A DNA stretch of 64,000 bases. Source: a virus. Its lineage: Duplodnaviria > Caudoviricetes. The position numbers were made by a program, and so were the translations under genes. Under the pieces are notes generated by a model. That model was not told the origin of the DNA and made no database searches. It saw nothing but the letters and a program-made list of their open reading frames with translations. The DNA is taken from IMG/VR virus record IMGVR_UViG_3300033076_000210, positions 29,930 to 93,929 of that record; one strand, 5' to 3'. Shown here piece by piece: positions 47,658 through 58,300 of the stretch; within the stretch, counting starts at the first letter, position 1, and the number at the start of each line of letters is the position of its first letter.

Positions 47658-48145
47658 TATACTGCAACTTCCATTAACTTGATATATGCAACACCGTCGT
47701 TATCAACTTGACTGGCGCCACCATTAAATGTAGTATTTGACGCTGCATAACTCCAACCTCTGAGTTGGTAATTATGTGGTCCTGGATTTCCCGGAGCGTG
47801 AATTGCTTGCTTGTGAAAATGCCTGATACTGTTGGTGTTTTCCCCGCGATACCCTGAATAGGTTATCTGTGTTCCTGTCTGGATATGAACCAAATCCATA
47901 TAATACAAATTCCAGGTGCCGTCGCCCCAGTCATTACAACGGTTGTCACTGTGAAACTCGATCAATATTTTATTGCTGGGATTCGACAAGGTAATAGGAT
48001 TACTGTTAAAAAAGATAATCGGGCTAGTTGATGTTGTATTAAGGGCCGAAGTCCATGTAGTATGAACTACCTGCACTATTCTACCCGGTGTAGTAATACT
48101 CCCGCGGAGTTCACTAAGGTTCGCTGATCCTACATAGATAGGCAT
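47657..48145 (-). CDS. short tail fibre tip/adhesin-like protein, paralogue 2
   Basis: GRIVQVV, ITLSNPSNKILI, C-terminal IKLMEV. Confidence 0.7.
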   Translation of the reverse strand: MPIYVGSANLSELRGSITTPGRIVQVVHTTWTSALNTTSTSPIIFFNSNPITLSNPSNKILIEFHSDNRCNDWGDGTWNLYYMDLVHIQTGTQITYSGYRGENTNSIRHFHKQAIHAPGNPGPHNYQLRGWSYAASNTTFNGGASQVDNDGVAYIKLMEVAV

Positions 48146-48639
48146 TATGCAGTTACCTCCGTAAGTCTCATGTAGATATACCCGTCGCTGTTTTGCTGCC
48201 CGGTGTTGTTGTAATAACAAGTACCAGTTGGATAATTTAATCCGTATGCTGTGTATGTCTGCGTGTTAGTTGATCCAGGACTGTCGACATAGGTTTTCTG
48301 ATAGCTATGAATAGTGTTGCGCCAAGTTCCGTTCCAACCGCTCTGTATCAACAACACATTGCTTCGGCCTGTGGCATTGACTCTTAATCGCATGTATGCC
48401 AAGCTCCATGTACCTGCACCAGCATCCATTCGATTTGCCAAAAACATATAAACATGAATTTTATTAGTTGCTTGCGTGGGTGTGATGCTAGCACTAAAAA
48501 TTGAATTTTCCGTTGCCCAGTTAGCACAAGAAATTGTGGCCGTAGATCTGGTTTCTACAATTTGCACGATTTGACTGCCAGTGAACTGTAACTGGCCGCC
48601 AACTTCTTGTATGTTCTGGTTTGGAAAATAAATTGCCAC
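48145..48639 (-). CDS. short tail fibre tip/adhesin-like protein, paralogue 3
   Basis: QIVQIV, SITPTQATNKIHV, VDSPGST, C-terminal MRLTEV. Confidence 0.7.
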   Translation of the reverse strand: MAIYFPNQNIQEVGGQLQFTGSQIVQIVETRSTATISCANWATENSIFSASITPTQATNKIHVYMFLANRMDAGAGTWSLAYMRLRVNATGRSNVLLIQSGWNGTWRNTIHSYQKTYVDSPGSTNTQTYTAYGLNYPTGTCYYNNTGQQNSDGYIYMRLTEVTA

Positions 48640-50148
48640 TTAGCGTTGTCCCTTTATAAAATCAGTATTATCAATCATCTTGCTCATCTCGGCTTCCATA
48701 GTTTGAGCATAAGCATTCCAGCGCCAGTCAGTTAGCTCTTGATTCACGGACCAAAATGTTAACTCTTTTTCGACGGTGCTATTACTAATTAGTCCTAGAC
48801 CATCTAAAACCCAGTTCCACAATCCTGCACCTGCGTATCCGTGGAACGCTGTGAAATCAGCATTGTTGATAACCCTGTGCTTGGCCATTTCAATTACAGC
48901 TTCTACCGAAGGCGTGATAGTTGCACCGGATGTCACATACTTCCAGAACTCTGAGTCTCTGCGTTGAGTTTGATAGTGCAAAACTAAAAATTCTTTGAAT
49001 TCGTCATACATCAATGCTGTTCGTTTATTGTATGCATACTGGCTACCAAAGTTATTTGTATCTTCTTCAGTGTCTCGCAAGTAATCCCAAATAAAGTTTT
49101 TTAATTGCATGATAGTAGCATGTATGCTTGTGGCTTCTAGTGGTTCGGCAAATGCAGCACATAGTCCCAGTGCCAAGCAGTTCTTGTGCCAAAACTTATC
49201 GAGCCTACCTGTGTCAAACTTTAAAAATCTAATAGGTTCAACTTCATGCCCTAATGCTGTTTCAATTTCTCGTTGGGCTTGCTTGTGTGTGATAAAATTA
49301 TCATCAAACACATAGCCGCAACCATATCTATCCGCAGTTGGGATTTGCCACATCCACCCTGAGCTTTGTGCCCATGCTGTTGTAACTGGCTCAATTTTTT
49401 CGCCTGGTTTGTATTTGACCAAGAAAGGCATTGCTGTGTTAACAGGCAAGTTTTTGTTATACGATGTCCACCCTATGTCAAGAGCATTAGTTAGCACACG
49501 AGCAAATCCTGTGCAATCAATGTAAAGATCTCCTGTTAACGTTTCACCGTTTTTAAAATTCAGTTGAGTTATCCCATGTTCGCCGACGACTACTTGTTGT
49601 ATGTCTTGATCAATGTGAGTCGTCCCCGGGCATGCCATGACAATTTTTTTAAAGTATTGCCCAACACGATGTGCATCAAAGTGATAAGAATGGCTTCTAG
49701 TGTTTGCACCTAGTTCAGGCTCAATGTGCTCTGACTTAAAGAAACTGGATTTATTGTGTTCAATCAAATAGCCATTACGGCTGGCCAGATGTGATTTGTG
49801 ACCTTTTAACTTTGCCCACATAAACATCACGTCAGGACTCATTCCAGAACTGTCTGACGCATCAATCGGTCCATAGTATGTGTGACCAACATGGCGCCAG
49901 TCTCGATGTTTAATACCGAGCTTTACAGTTGCACCTGTTTCTCGTATAAAATCTTCTTCGTTGCAACCGTAATCCCATGAGTTATTTTGTATAATGTCAG
50001 TGAGATACCCTGTGCTACCTTCGCCTGCGCCAACAATAGGAATTCTACTAGACTCGATTACAACAATATCATGATCAGGTTGTGTTTTTTTGATCATCAA
50101 TGCTGCTAGCCAGCCTGCGGTTCCGCCACCGCAAATAACAATCTTCAT
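48640..50148 (-). CDS. flavin-dependent (tryptophan halogenase-family) halogenase
   Basis: GGGTAGW FAD motif, GAGEGST, ATVKLGI (catalytic Lys position), YHFDA, IDCTGF, WMWQIP (WxWxIP), FAEPLEATSI. Confidence 0.9.
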   Translation of the reverse strand: MKIVICGGGTAGWLAALMIKKTQPDHDIVVIESSRIPIVGAGEGSTGYLTDIIQNNSWDYGCNEEDFIRETGATVKLGIKHRDWRHVGHTYYGPIDASDSSGMSPDVMFMWAKLKGHKSHLASRNGYLIEHNKSSFFKSEHIEPELGANTRSHSYHFDAHRVGQYFKKIVMACPGTTHIDQDIQQVVVGEHGITQLNFKNGETLTGDLYIDCTGFARVLTNALDIGWTSYNKNLPVNTAMPFLVKYKPGEKIEPVTTAWAQSSGWMWQIPTADRYGCGYVFDDNFITHKQAQREIETALGHEVEPIRFLKFDTGRLDKFWHKNCLALGLCAAFAEPLEATSIHATIMQLKNFIWDYLRDTEEDTNNFGSQYAYNKRTALMYDEFKEFLVLHYQTQRRDSEFWKYVTSGATITPSVEAVIEMAKHRVINNADFTAFHGYAGAGLWNWVLDGLGLISNSTVEKELTFWSVNQELTDWRWNAYAQTMEAEMSKMIDNTDFIKGQR

Positions 50149-50648
50149 TAATCCGCCTTTTGTTTAGGTGGTGACTGGGCAGGATCTACTTCAGTTAACG
50201 CAAATTTGTAAACTTTACCATTTCGATTATTGTGTAAAAACAAGTCTTCTTCACCTTCTACAATCGTCCAGTTACCAATGCCATTATTTAAATGCAAATC
50301 ACTGGTGTAGATATTTCTCCAACGAGAAGAAGCAGTTCCTAGATCGTGTGTGGCATTAGCGCCAGGAATTATACTTGCTGAAGTAATATTTCCGCCTATT
50401 GTTGCAGCACCTACCAAGGTTAAGGTTGCACCACTTATGTTACCAGTGATGGCTATAGAATCCCCGGTAAACGCTGTTGCGCCTAACGATGTTGCAGATA
50501 TCACTGAATTTGCAGTTAACTGATTAACTACTGCATTGCCACTAAAATTAGTTGATACTGTCCATGCAGTGGTTGAACTGTTATAAACATACACTATCCC
50601 GCCAACGTTTGCAGTTTGTCCGTTTGTTGGATTTGTTGGAAATGCCAT
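50148..50648 (-). CDS. tail fibre-associated protein
   Basis: FPTNPTNG N-terminus; DLG....RWRNIYTSDLHL...WTIVEGEEDLFL.N...GK.YKF. Confidence 0.75.
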   Translation of the reverse strand: MAFPTNPTNGQTANVGGIVYVYNSSTTAWTVSTNFSGNAVVNQLTANSVISATSLGATAFTGDSIAITGNISGATLTLVGAATIGGNITSASIIPGANATHDLGTASSRWRNIYTSDLHLNNGIGNWTIVEGEEDLFLHNNRNGKVYKFALTEVDPAQSPPKQKAD

Positions 50649-51637
50649 TAAAATCTCCCTACAACAACTTCTATAGTTTGCACTGAGTCGTCTGTAATAT
50701 TTTCTAAACTTTTACCCAATACGCATCCAGGTTTCCAGTCGTTTGCAAGTCTTTGCCCAGTTCCGCCGATATCAGACGTAACAATTAAGTCCCCTTTGTT
50801 CACAGGGCCTTTAACAAAGCACGGCACTCGGCCTGTAAGGGCCACTGGCAATCCTGTTGATTCGGAATTCATTATAAATGCGGGATCAGTTGATATAACT
50901 CCTGCTACTCTAGTGTCGTGGCTTTGAGTACTCGCAGTAATTTCTTTTTCTCCGCCAAAGATTACAACAGTGCCCGGTAGGTAATCGTTGTCGGATTCAT
51001 ATTTCTCTGCCAAGTCGGCGTATTGTGCTGATGTAGCTTTAGCAAAAACTGTATTAAACGTAGCACCAGATGCACCAATATTACCTGTGCCTGATGTACC
51101 GCCGTTTAAAATCTGGTTAGTGGTTAATGTTGTAAACGTAGTCGGAGAGCTCTGGTCGACCCAAGTATTACTTGTGCCATCATCAGTATATTGATATTTT
51201 TTACTAGCGTAAGAATCATACCAAAAATCTCCGGGCACTGCATTAGTAGGTGCAGTATTAGCAACAGTAGTCCATTTAATGACCCTGGTACCGCCTTGAA
51301 TTAAATTGCCACCTGTGACATTGCCTGTGGCAACAACTTGTCCGGCAGTAATTAAATTACCACCTGTGATATTAGCAGTTGCGCTAATTAATCCTGTTAC
51401 GTATTCCCCGGTAGTTGACCAGACAACAACGTTTGATGTTCCTGCAATAGTCACATTGGCATTGCCGTTGGTTGAAGTAGTTACATTAGTAGTTCCGTTT
51501 GTGATTGCACTTCCGCCACCACCTGCAGATCCTGGAACTCGAGTCCACGATTGTTGGGCCGCAGCATACACATAAGTTATACTATTAACATTTGCTAGTT
51601 CACCGTTGATCGGACTTGTAGGGAAAGTTGCTGGCAT
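50648..51637 (-). CDS. tail fibre protein with C-terminal peptidase G2-like intramolecular chaperone
   Basis: GNVTGGNL repeats; ATSAQYADLAE...VALTGRVP..V.GPV.KGD. Confidence 0.75.
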   Translation of the reverse strand: MPATFPTSPINGELANVNSITYVYAAAQQSWTRVPGSAGGGGSAITNGTTNVTTSTNGNANVTIAGTSNVVVWSTTGEYVTGLISATANITGGNLITAGQVVATGNVTGGNLIQGGTRVIKWTTVANTAPTNAVPGDFWYDSYASKKYQYTDDGTSNTWVDQSSPTTFTTLTTNQILNGGTSGTGNIGASGATFNTVFAKATSAQYADLAEKYESDNDYLPGTVVIFGGEKEITASTQSHDTRVAGVISTDPAFIMNSESTGLPVALTGRVPCFVKGPVNKGDLIVTSDIGGTGQRLANDWKPGCVLGKSLENITDDSVQTIEVVVGRF

Positions 51638-51658
51638 TATATTATCCTAATAGCATAT

Positions 51659-54382
51659 TTATTGGCCAAGGAAGCCAGTAGTGGGCACTGGGAAATTTGC
51701 AGTGTACCGAGCAAACCCGCGAGTGATACGCACATCTTCCATGTAACCTAAAAATAATCCGCCGCCTGATGTGCTGTTTCCAATATACAAAGGATAGCTT
51801 GCTGCTGCACTTGTTCCGTTGCTAAATGTTGTTGAATTGTCTAAGTTACCGTTGATAAAAATCCTAACCGTTGTGCCGCTTCGTGTAACTGCAATATGAG
51901 TCCATGTGTTTCCTGTCACTGTTCCTATGCTAGTCAACGAGCTACCGCCAGTGTAGAAGAATTGCACTGTGTTACCCGAGTTGATACGAAGTTCCCATCC
52001 AGTACTGGCGCCGCGTTGACTGAATATGTATCGTTCAGCTCCTGCGCCGGTGTTGTAGAACCAACCTTCGACTGTAAAATCGCAAGCAACTAGATCATAG
52101 TTCGGTGAAGCAAGCTGCTGTGTGGTTAAATAGTCGCCTGTGCCATCAAAATAAATGCTCGTTGATCCAAATTTAGTAACCACTGTGCTTGCTTTTGTAT
52201 CACCTGCTGTTTGCAAGGCCGTTGTACTGTGTGCGTCTACAATACCACCGTTAGTAAAATTAGTCAGCAAACTTGTATTGGTTATTGCTGTAACCGGTGC
52301 TGTCGGAACTGTGATAGTCAACGACGTTGCAGAGTATGGCGCAGATGCTGTGGCACCTTTGTAAATTCTTACGTTGCTGATGTAACCTTTGAATGCGTTG
52401 CCTGCTGCACTCGTAGCAATACCATATCCAATATATAAAGCAGTAGAGCTGCTTTTGGCCGCAGTGTTTAATCCGTTGAAATTGGTAGCTCGTGTGCCGT
52501 TAACAAACAATGCCCAGTCAGCGTTGGTTTTTACAAAAGCGATATGATACCATTGCCCAGTTGTTGGTACAATGCTAGTTGGCAGTGTACCAATTGTGCT
52601 ACCTGGCGCAGCCGAGTTTGCCCAGTTTAGTGTAAGTTGACTCGACGCATTTAGTGTTATCGACCAGTTTGCAAAAGACACACCATTTAATCCACCATTG
52701 TCAAAAATTGACATATTAGCTGCTACTGTAGTCCAATATACCCAACCTTCGCATATAAAAGAATCAGTGCTTCCAGATGTGATGTTGAACGCTGCGTTAG
52801 TCGCTAAACTTAAATAATTTCCCGATCCGTCCAGGTATGCGCTTCCACCGTTTGTAGAAGCTGAGTATCCACCGCTTGGAGAGAATGGACTGAACGCTTG
52901 GACCGACATAGCACCAGTGTTAGTAAGTGTAAAATTGTTAGACGAATTGTCAATAAATCTGTTAGATTGACAGGTTAGCAGCTGAGTACCAGATACTGCG
53001 GTTAATGGAGTTGTAGGTGTTGGAAAGTCTGAGGTGTATATCCCTGCGCCTTTAATAACCCTAAAATTACTAAGATAATACGGTGCATTGCCGCCGTTAT
53101 ACGGTCCAATGCTTCTTACTGTTGTAGTGTTGCTGTAGTTATATGTGTTTGCTGCCGAATATACTTGAGTCCCGTTAATAAACATTTTTAGTACGCCTGA
53201 TGCGCGAGACACTGCCAGGTGAGTCCAAGTGTTCGTTGGAACAGCACCGTATCCGGTGCCACCTAAATTTCCACCGTTTTCATGCCAGTATAATTGATTG
53301 GCGTATGTTAATAGTTCCCATGTAGTTGTAGCTGTTGCTGCCATACTAATGTTTACCGCAGTTGTTCCTGCCATATACAACCAACACTCAACCGTGAAAT
53401 CACCTGTACCAAATGCCTGCGCTGCACCCATGCTTACTGTCGAGTACGCATTTGTAGCAGAAAAATAATTACTCCACCCAGTCTGACTAAATGGAGAGAA
53501 TGATCCTTGTGTTGTAGTGCCGGTGCGAGTGACTGTAAAATTATTTGAACTACTGTCCACAAATACATTGTTTGTTGCATTGTTTACTGCGTTAGTACCG
53601 GTCTCGCCGTTTAATAACAATGTTGTATAAGGAAAATATGGTTCAGAAGTTGCGATTGTAATTGTAATTGTTTGCTGTGTTGCTTGACCTTCGGTATCCG
53701 TTGCTACAATAACCGGACTCAGTACTGTAGTGTTTGTGTAGCCAGTAGGAGTTCCAGAAATATATCCTGTGCTTACCAACGACATTCCTGTCGGTAACGA
53801 ACTCCCAGCTTGTAACGTATAAGTCAATGTGCTGTCACTTGACGCAACCAATGCTACATTTGATGTTGAGCCATTAATTAAGGATATAGAACTAGTGGTC
53901 CACTCTGGTACTCCAGAATATCGTATTGCGTTCGATAATTGTGCGCCTGCATTGCTGGAATTAAATGCAAACAAGGAAACGTTGCCCGGGCTAGCACTGC
54001 CTAAACTCGCAATAATTGCAGTTGAGTTTGCTACTGTTACGTTGGCATTTGACAATGCTGTTGATCCAACAATGATTGTCATTGGATCTGAAAAACTGGT
54101 GCCATTGATTTTGATATTTCCGCCTGCTGTGCTGACCGCAGTTGCCGGACTAACAGCACCATTGGCATAAAGATAGTCAACGCTGCTCAATGTAAGACCA
54201 CTTGATACTGGAACAACATTTGTACCTTGCCCCGGTGTGACTACTTCGACATTAATTGTTGTGCCACCAGTGATTGCTGCACCACTGGCAGCAAAACCTT
54301 GAGATGTGTTAACCACTGTGGCTTGTCGAGACACCGCACTGGTTGCCCCTGACCTAACTGTGCTAAGAGCCTTGAATCCCAT
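51659..54382 (-). CDS. virion protein with Ig-like and three LamG/concanavalin A-like lectin domains
   Basis: three repeats of FTVE.W / W.H.A..R....LF.NG / Y.S..R..KG; Ig-like LPTGMSL.STG.ISGTPT. Confidence 0.85.
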   Translation of the reverse strand: MGFKALSTVRSGATSAVSRQATVVNTSQGFAASGAAITGGTTINVEVVTPGQGTNVVPVSSGLTLSSVDYLYANGAVSPATAVSTAGGNIKINGTSFSDPMTIIVGSTALSNANVTVANSTAIIASLGSASPGNVSLFAFNSSNAGAQLSNAIRYSGVPEWTTSSISLINGSTSNVALVASSDSTLTYTLQAGSSLPTGMSLVSTGYISGTPTGYTNTTVLSPVIVATDTEGQATQQTITITIATSEPYFPYTTLLLNGETGTNAVNNATNNVFVDSSSNNFTVTRTGTTTQGSFSPFSQTGWSNYFSATNAYSTVSMGAAQAFGTGDFTVECWLYMAGTTAVNISMAATATTTWELLTYANQLYWHENGGNLGGTGYGAVPTNTWTHLAVSRASGVLKMFINGTQVYSAANTYNYSNTTTVRSIGPYNGGNAPYYLSNFRVIKGAGIYTSDFPTPTTPLTAVSGTQLLTCQSNRFIDNSSNNFTLTNTGAMSVQAFSPFSPSGGYSASTNGGSAYLDGSGNYLSLATNAAFNITSGSTDSFICEGWVYWTTVAANMSIFDNGGLNGVSFANWSITLNASSQLTLNWANSAAPGSTIGTLPTSIVPTTGQWYHIAFVKTNADWALFVNGTRATNFNGLNTAAKSSSTALYIGYGIATSAAGNAFKGYISNVRIYKGATASAPYSATSLTITVPTAPVTAITNTSLLTNFTNGGIVDAHSTTALQTAGDTKASTVVTKFGSTSIYFDGTGDYLTTQQLASPNYDLVACDFTVEGWFYNTGAGAERYIFSQRGASTGWELRINSGNTVQFFYTGGSSLTSIGTVTGNTWTHIAVTRSGTTVRIFINGNLDNSTTFSNGTSAAASYPLYIGNSTSGGGLFLGYMEDVRITRGFARYTANFPVPTTGFLGQ

Positions 54383-54711
54383 TAGCCAATCTCGCTTCCA
54401 AACACGTTAATACTAACGTTGCCGGTTGCACAATTTGCCGAAATTACGTCTGTGTTTCCCAGAGTCATACCAATTGTTAATGCAATAGTATCATTGGCCG
54501 GCAATGCAGTGTCGTAGTTAACATAGTGCTTGTTTTCAATTGTGGCATTAGCCGGTTGAACTGCTAATTTAAACGAGGTTGCTACGTTCGCAAGATTACA
54601 CACTGTTACTGTTGACACAACTGTTTGTGTTCCTGCTGGAACAGTATAAACAGTGGTCAATGTGTTTGCAATTGGATTTGCTTGTCCTAAAATTCTATAT
54701 GTTGTTGCCAT
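54382..54711 (-). CDS. small virion protein
   Basis: VYTVPAG..TVVST..VCN, C-terminal FGSEI. Confidence 0.75.
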   Translation of the reverse strand: MATTYRILGQANPIANTLTTVYTVPAGTQTVVSTVTVCNLANVATSFKLAVQPANATIENKHYVNYDTALPANDTIALTIGMTLGNTDVISANCATGNVSINVFGSEIG

Positions 54712-54720
54712 TTATTATCC

Positions 54721-55314
54721 TTAGCCGCCCATTAACAAAAATGGGCTTAACGAGTCTGTTGCTGTTGTTATTACAGTGTTTGCCACAGTCGGCCCTGTTA
54801 CATCAACCCAATAATAACTTGTTCCGTCGTATTGATATTCGTATAGCGCACCTGTACTTGTATTATACCATTGAGAACTGGCCACGTTTCCCGATGCCGG
54901 GGGTGCTGTGCTAGCTGTGTATGGTGTTCCGTAATTTAGTGCAAAAACAAGCGCAGTAACACCAAGTGTAATAGGATCATTGGTAATAAGTTTCCACTGA
55001 GTGTCTGCATAACTAGTTCCTTCAGTGACCATAATTACCATGCCGGACAACATTTCTCCTGTGGTATCACCGTCAACTGCTCGTGTCCAGGTGCCGTTGC
55101 TGCCTGAGCCCAGAGTGGACACGTAATAAATTCCGTTGGCTGCTCCAGAATTTTGTCCAGCAACTAAAATTCTATCATTAGCAGAAAGAGAAACGCCGTC
55201 AACAGAATTTGGTGCTCCCCCTGAGAGAACAATATTCGAAGTTGTAATTACTCGCACTGCCTGCTTGTAATCGATATCATAGATTTGATATGCACGGGGT
55301 TTAGTTAAAGCCAT
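54721..55314 (-). CDS. tail fibre-related protein
   Basis: DYKQAVRV, DGVSL..NDRILV.GQ....NGIY, WTRA.D, VTEGT. Confidence 0.75.
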   Translation of the reverse strand: MALTKPRAYQIYDIDYKQAVRVITTSNIVLSGGAPNSVDGVSLSANDRILVAGQNSGAANGIYYVSTLGSGSNGTWTRAVDGDTTGEMLSGMVIMVTEGTSYADTQWKLITNDPITLGVTALVFALNYGTPYTASTAPPASGNVASSQWYNTSTGALYEYQYDGTSYYWVDVTGPTVANTVITTATDSLSPFLLMGG

Positions 55315-55342
55315 AGTTTACCTTATTACAGAATATTTACCT

Positions 55343-55374
55343 AAAAAAATAGAGTCCATACGGACTCTATTTTT
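55343..55374. terminator. intrinsic terminator
   Basis: AAAATAGAGTCC-ATAC-GGACTCTATTTT. Confidence 0.85.
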
Positions 55375-55386
55375 GAGTTTCTAATA

Positions 55387-58300
55387 TTATAGTCTACCGA
55401 CTACAATTTCGATTACACTGTCTTTGTCTAGGTTATTTTCCAATGCCTTTCCAATAACTGTTCCCATTGCAGGAGTAGCACATGCAACAGCACGACCGTT
55501 ACCAGCAGATACCATCATGTCTCCCTTCTTAACCGGACCCGACACAAAAGTTGGAACACGCCCAGTCAATGCAACAACCGCAGTATGCTCGCTGTTTAAA
55601 GTTGCATTCATGACATAACTTGGATTAGTAGAAACTACACCTGCAATTCTTGCATCACTTGTCACTGTCGACATTGTGACTTCTGCTTCGCCGCCAAAAA
55701 CTAACACAGTGCCCGGCTCATATTTTGCATCAGCTGCATAAACCTCGGCCAAGTCAGCATATTGTGCTGAAGTTGCTTTAGCAAACACAGTGTTAAAGTA
55801 AGTTGTGCTCGAGCCAATGTTGCCAACACCATTTGCCCCAGAATTAATAATCCCAGGAATACTTAATCCGTCGCTGTAGAATGTGCCAACTGTAGATCCA
55901 TTGACGTTGGCTCTAATGTTTCCGCCAGATGCAATAACCGATAAACTAGATGTTCCATTGGTAATAGTTGTAGTGTCGACGTTGGTTGAATCAATCGTAG
56001 CGGGTGTAGTTCCATCTGGGCCATAAAATGCAACAGTATTACCGCTGGTATTCTTCATTACAATATTACCCAACGTCATTGAGCTGCCAGAAAGATATAA
56101 ATCTTTCCAACGAGCTGTGTTAGAACCAAGATTAAAAGTTACGTTGGCTGTAGGATTTAAATCACCAGTGATCTGAACAATTGCCGAGGTTGGATTTGTT
56201 TGAACAATCGCATTACCTGGACTGTTACTAATAGAAGTAACTTGTGTAGTTGTTGTTAGTTTTCTAACATCAATAATATCGCCTGTTTGCGGAGCTTCGG
56301 TAAACGTTAATGTGGTGCTACTAACTGAGTAAGCAATAGTCGGAATCTGCACAATACCGTTGATACTGACAATAGTAGAGTTAGTAGTTGATTCTTCAGA
56401 TAGCGTAAAGTTAACTGTGACACCATCGCCGTCAAACTGCTGATCAGTAATAACTGTAAAGTTTGGTGTACCAACTGTGGTCCAGCCATCAGCGTCATAC
56501 ACTTCAACAGCATCCAGTGTTGAGTTAAAACGCAACATACCTGTTACACCAACACCTGGACGTTGAGCAGTGTTACCCACTGGCATCAAGAACGAGTTAG
56601 TGGCGTTCATTGCAAATGCAGCGTTGGTAGTTTGTGTTGAACTACCAATACTGACTGTACCTGTGCCTGCGTCTACATAAAATACGTTGGCAACAGTATC
56701 TCCATTTACAGCAAAGTCAACGTCTGCACTTGTTGAATTAACAGTAATTCTTGTGGCACTAGAGTCAATGTTGCTGCCGTTAAGCACCATGCTAGCAGTA
56801 TTAACATTTGCACCAGTGACGTTACCTGTTGCTGTTACTGTAGCAGCAGAAACCAAATTGGGGGTTACAAGATTGCCACCTGTGATGTTACCTGTTGCAG
56901 TTACTTGCCCGGCAGTTAATAAATTACCACCTGTGATATTACCCGAAACCTCTGCGCCTGCTGAAACTAAGTTTGCACTTGCATTTACATTTGCACCGTT
57001 GACATTGGCACTTGATGTAATAGCCCCTGTTGCCGATATTAATCCACCTGTAAGTAGGTTGCCGCCTGTGATGTTACCGGTTGCACTAATAGTACCTGTG
57101 ACGCTAAGACCAGTGGCCGAAACAGTGGCAATGACATCTGTGGTGTCGGTGCCGCCGACCATCATTTTAATTACTGTGCCAACAGTTTCTGGGTTAAGAA
57201 GTAAGTTGCCGCCATGATTATGAACATACGCATCATGCGGATAAAATCCAGGATAGTTTATAGGATCATCGAATGTGCTTGAGTTAATACCAACATCTAT
57301 ATAGTAACTGCTATCGTCGCCGTCGTCTGCTGTGGCGATATAGTCTGTAGATGCTGATGTACCTGTATTAATGTTTTGAAAGTTAACCTGACTGTAGCTG
57401 TTAGCATTGCCAGCAAACTGTATAACAACGTTAGACCCCAGTGGTGTATATCCTGGCACACCGCCATATATAGCACCATTACCTGTTACTGTATTACCAT
57501 AAAATGTACCCGACGTATTAGCAACAATATTTGATGTTGAAAATAGTGTGCCAATAATTGTCACATTCGATGTGAAGTAGCCGCCAGCAGCAGTGACGTT
57601 AGTAGTGGCGTTTAGGTTGCCGCCGTCAATGTTGCCAGTGGTAGAAATGGTCCCTGATCCAACCGATAAGTTGCCTCCAGTAATGTTGCCAGTTGCAGAC
57701 ACTTGGCCAGCAGTTAATAAATTACCACCTGTGACGTTTCCAGTAGAAACAGCACTCTGTGCATAGATGTTACCAGTTTGGAATGTGCCGTAAGCATTAA
57801 CGTTAACAACGTTGTTAGCCGAGAATACCACATCAGCTGCGGCAATCAAATTACCTGAACTATTTTCCCAACCAATCCAAGAATTTCCAAGACCAGTTTT
57901 ATACCACTCCATGTAGATACCGCGATCCATGCCATCGTCTGTGGTCAGCGGAGCACCGTTTGGTCCAGTACCCATGATGATAATTGGATCTTCTACTCGT
58001 AAATCGTCAACGTTAACATATTGAATATTACCCTGAACTGTCAAGTTGCCGCCAACTAAAACGTTACCAGTTGTTTCGATTGTTGCTGATGTAATTGCCC
58101 CTGTTACTGCAAGATTGCCGCCTGAAATATTTGCCGACGAGTTGATATTGCCAGTTGCTGTTACTTTTCCAGCAGTAGTTAAATTCCCACCTGTGACGTT
58201 TCCTGTAGCAATTACAGTGGTACCAGCAGTAACACCACTGGTTGCATTTACATTTGCACCGTTGATGTTAGCAGAACTTGTAATTTCTCCAGTTGCAGAC

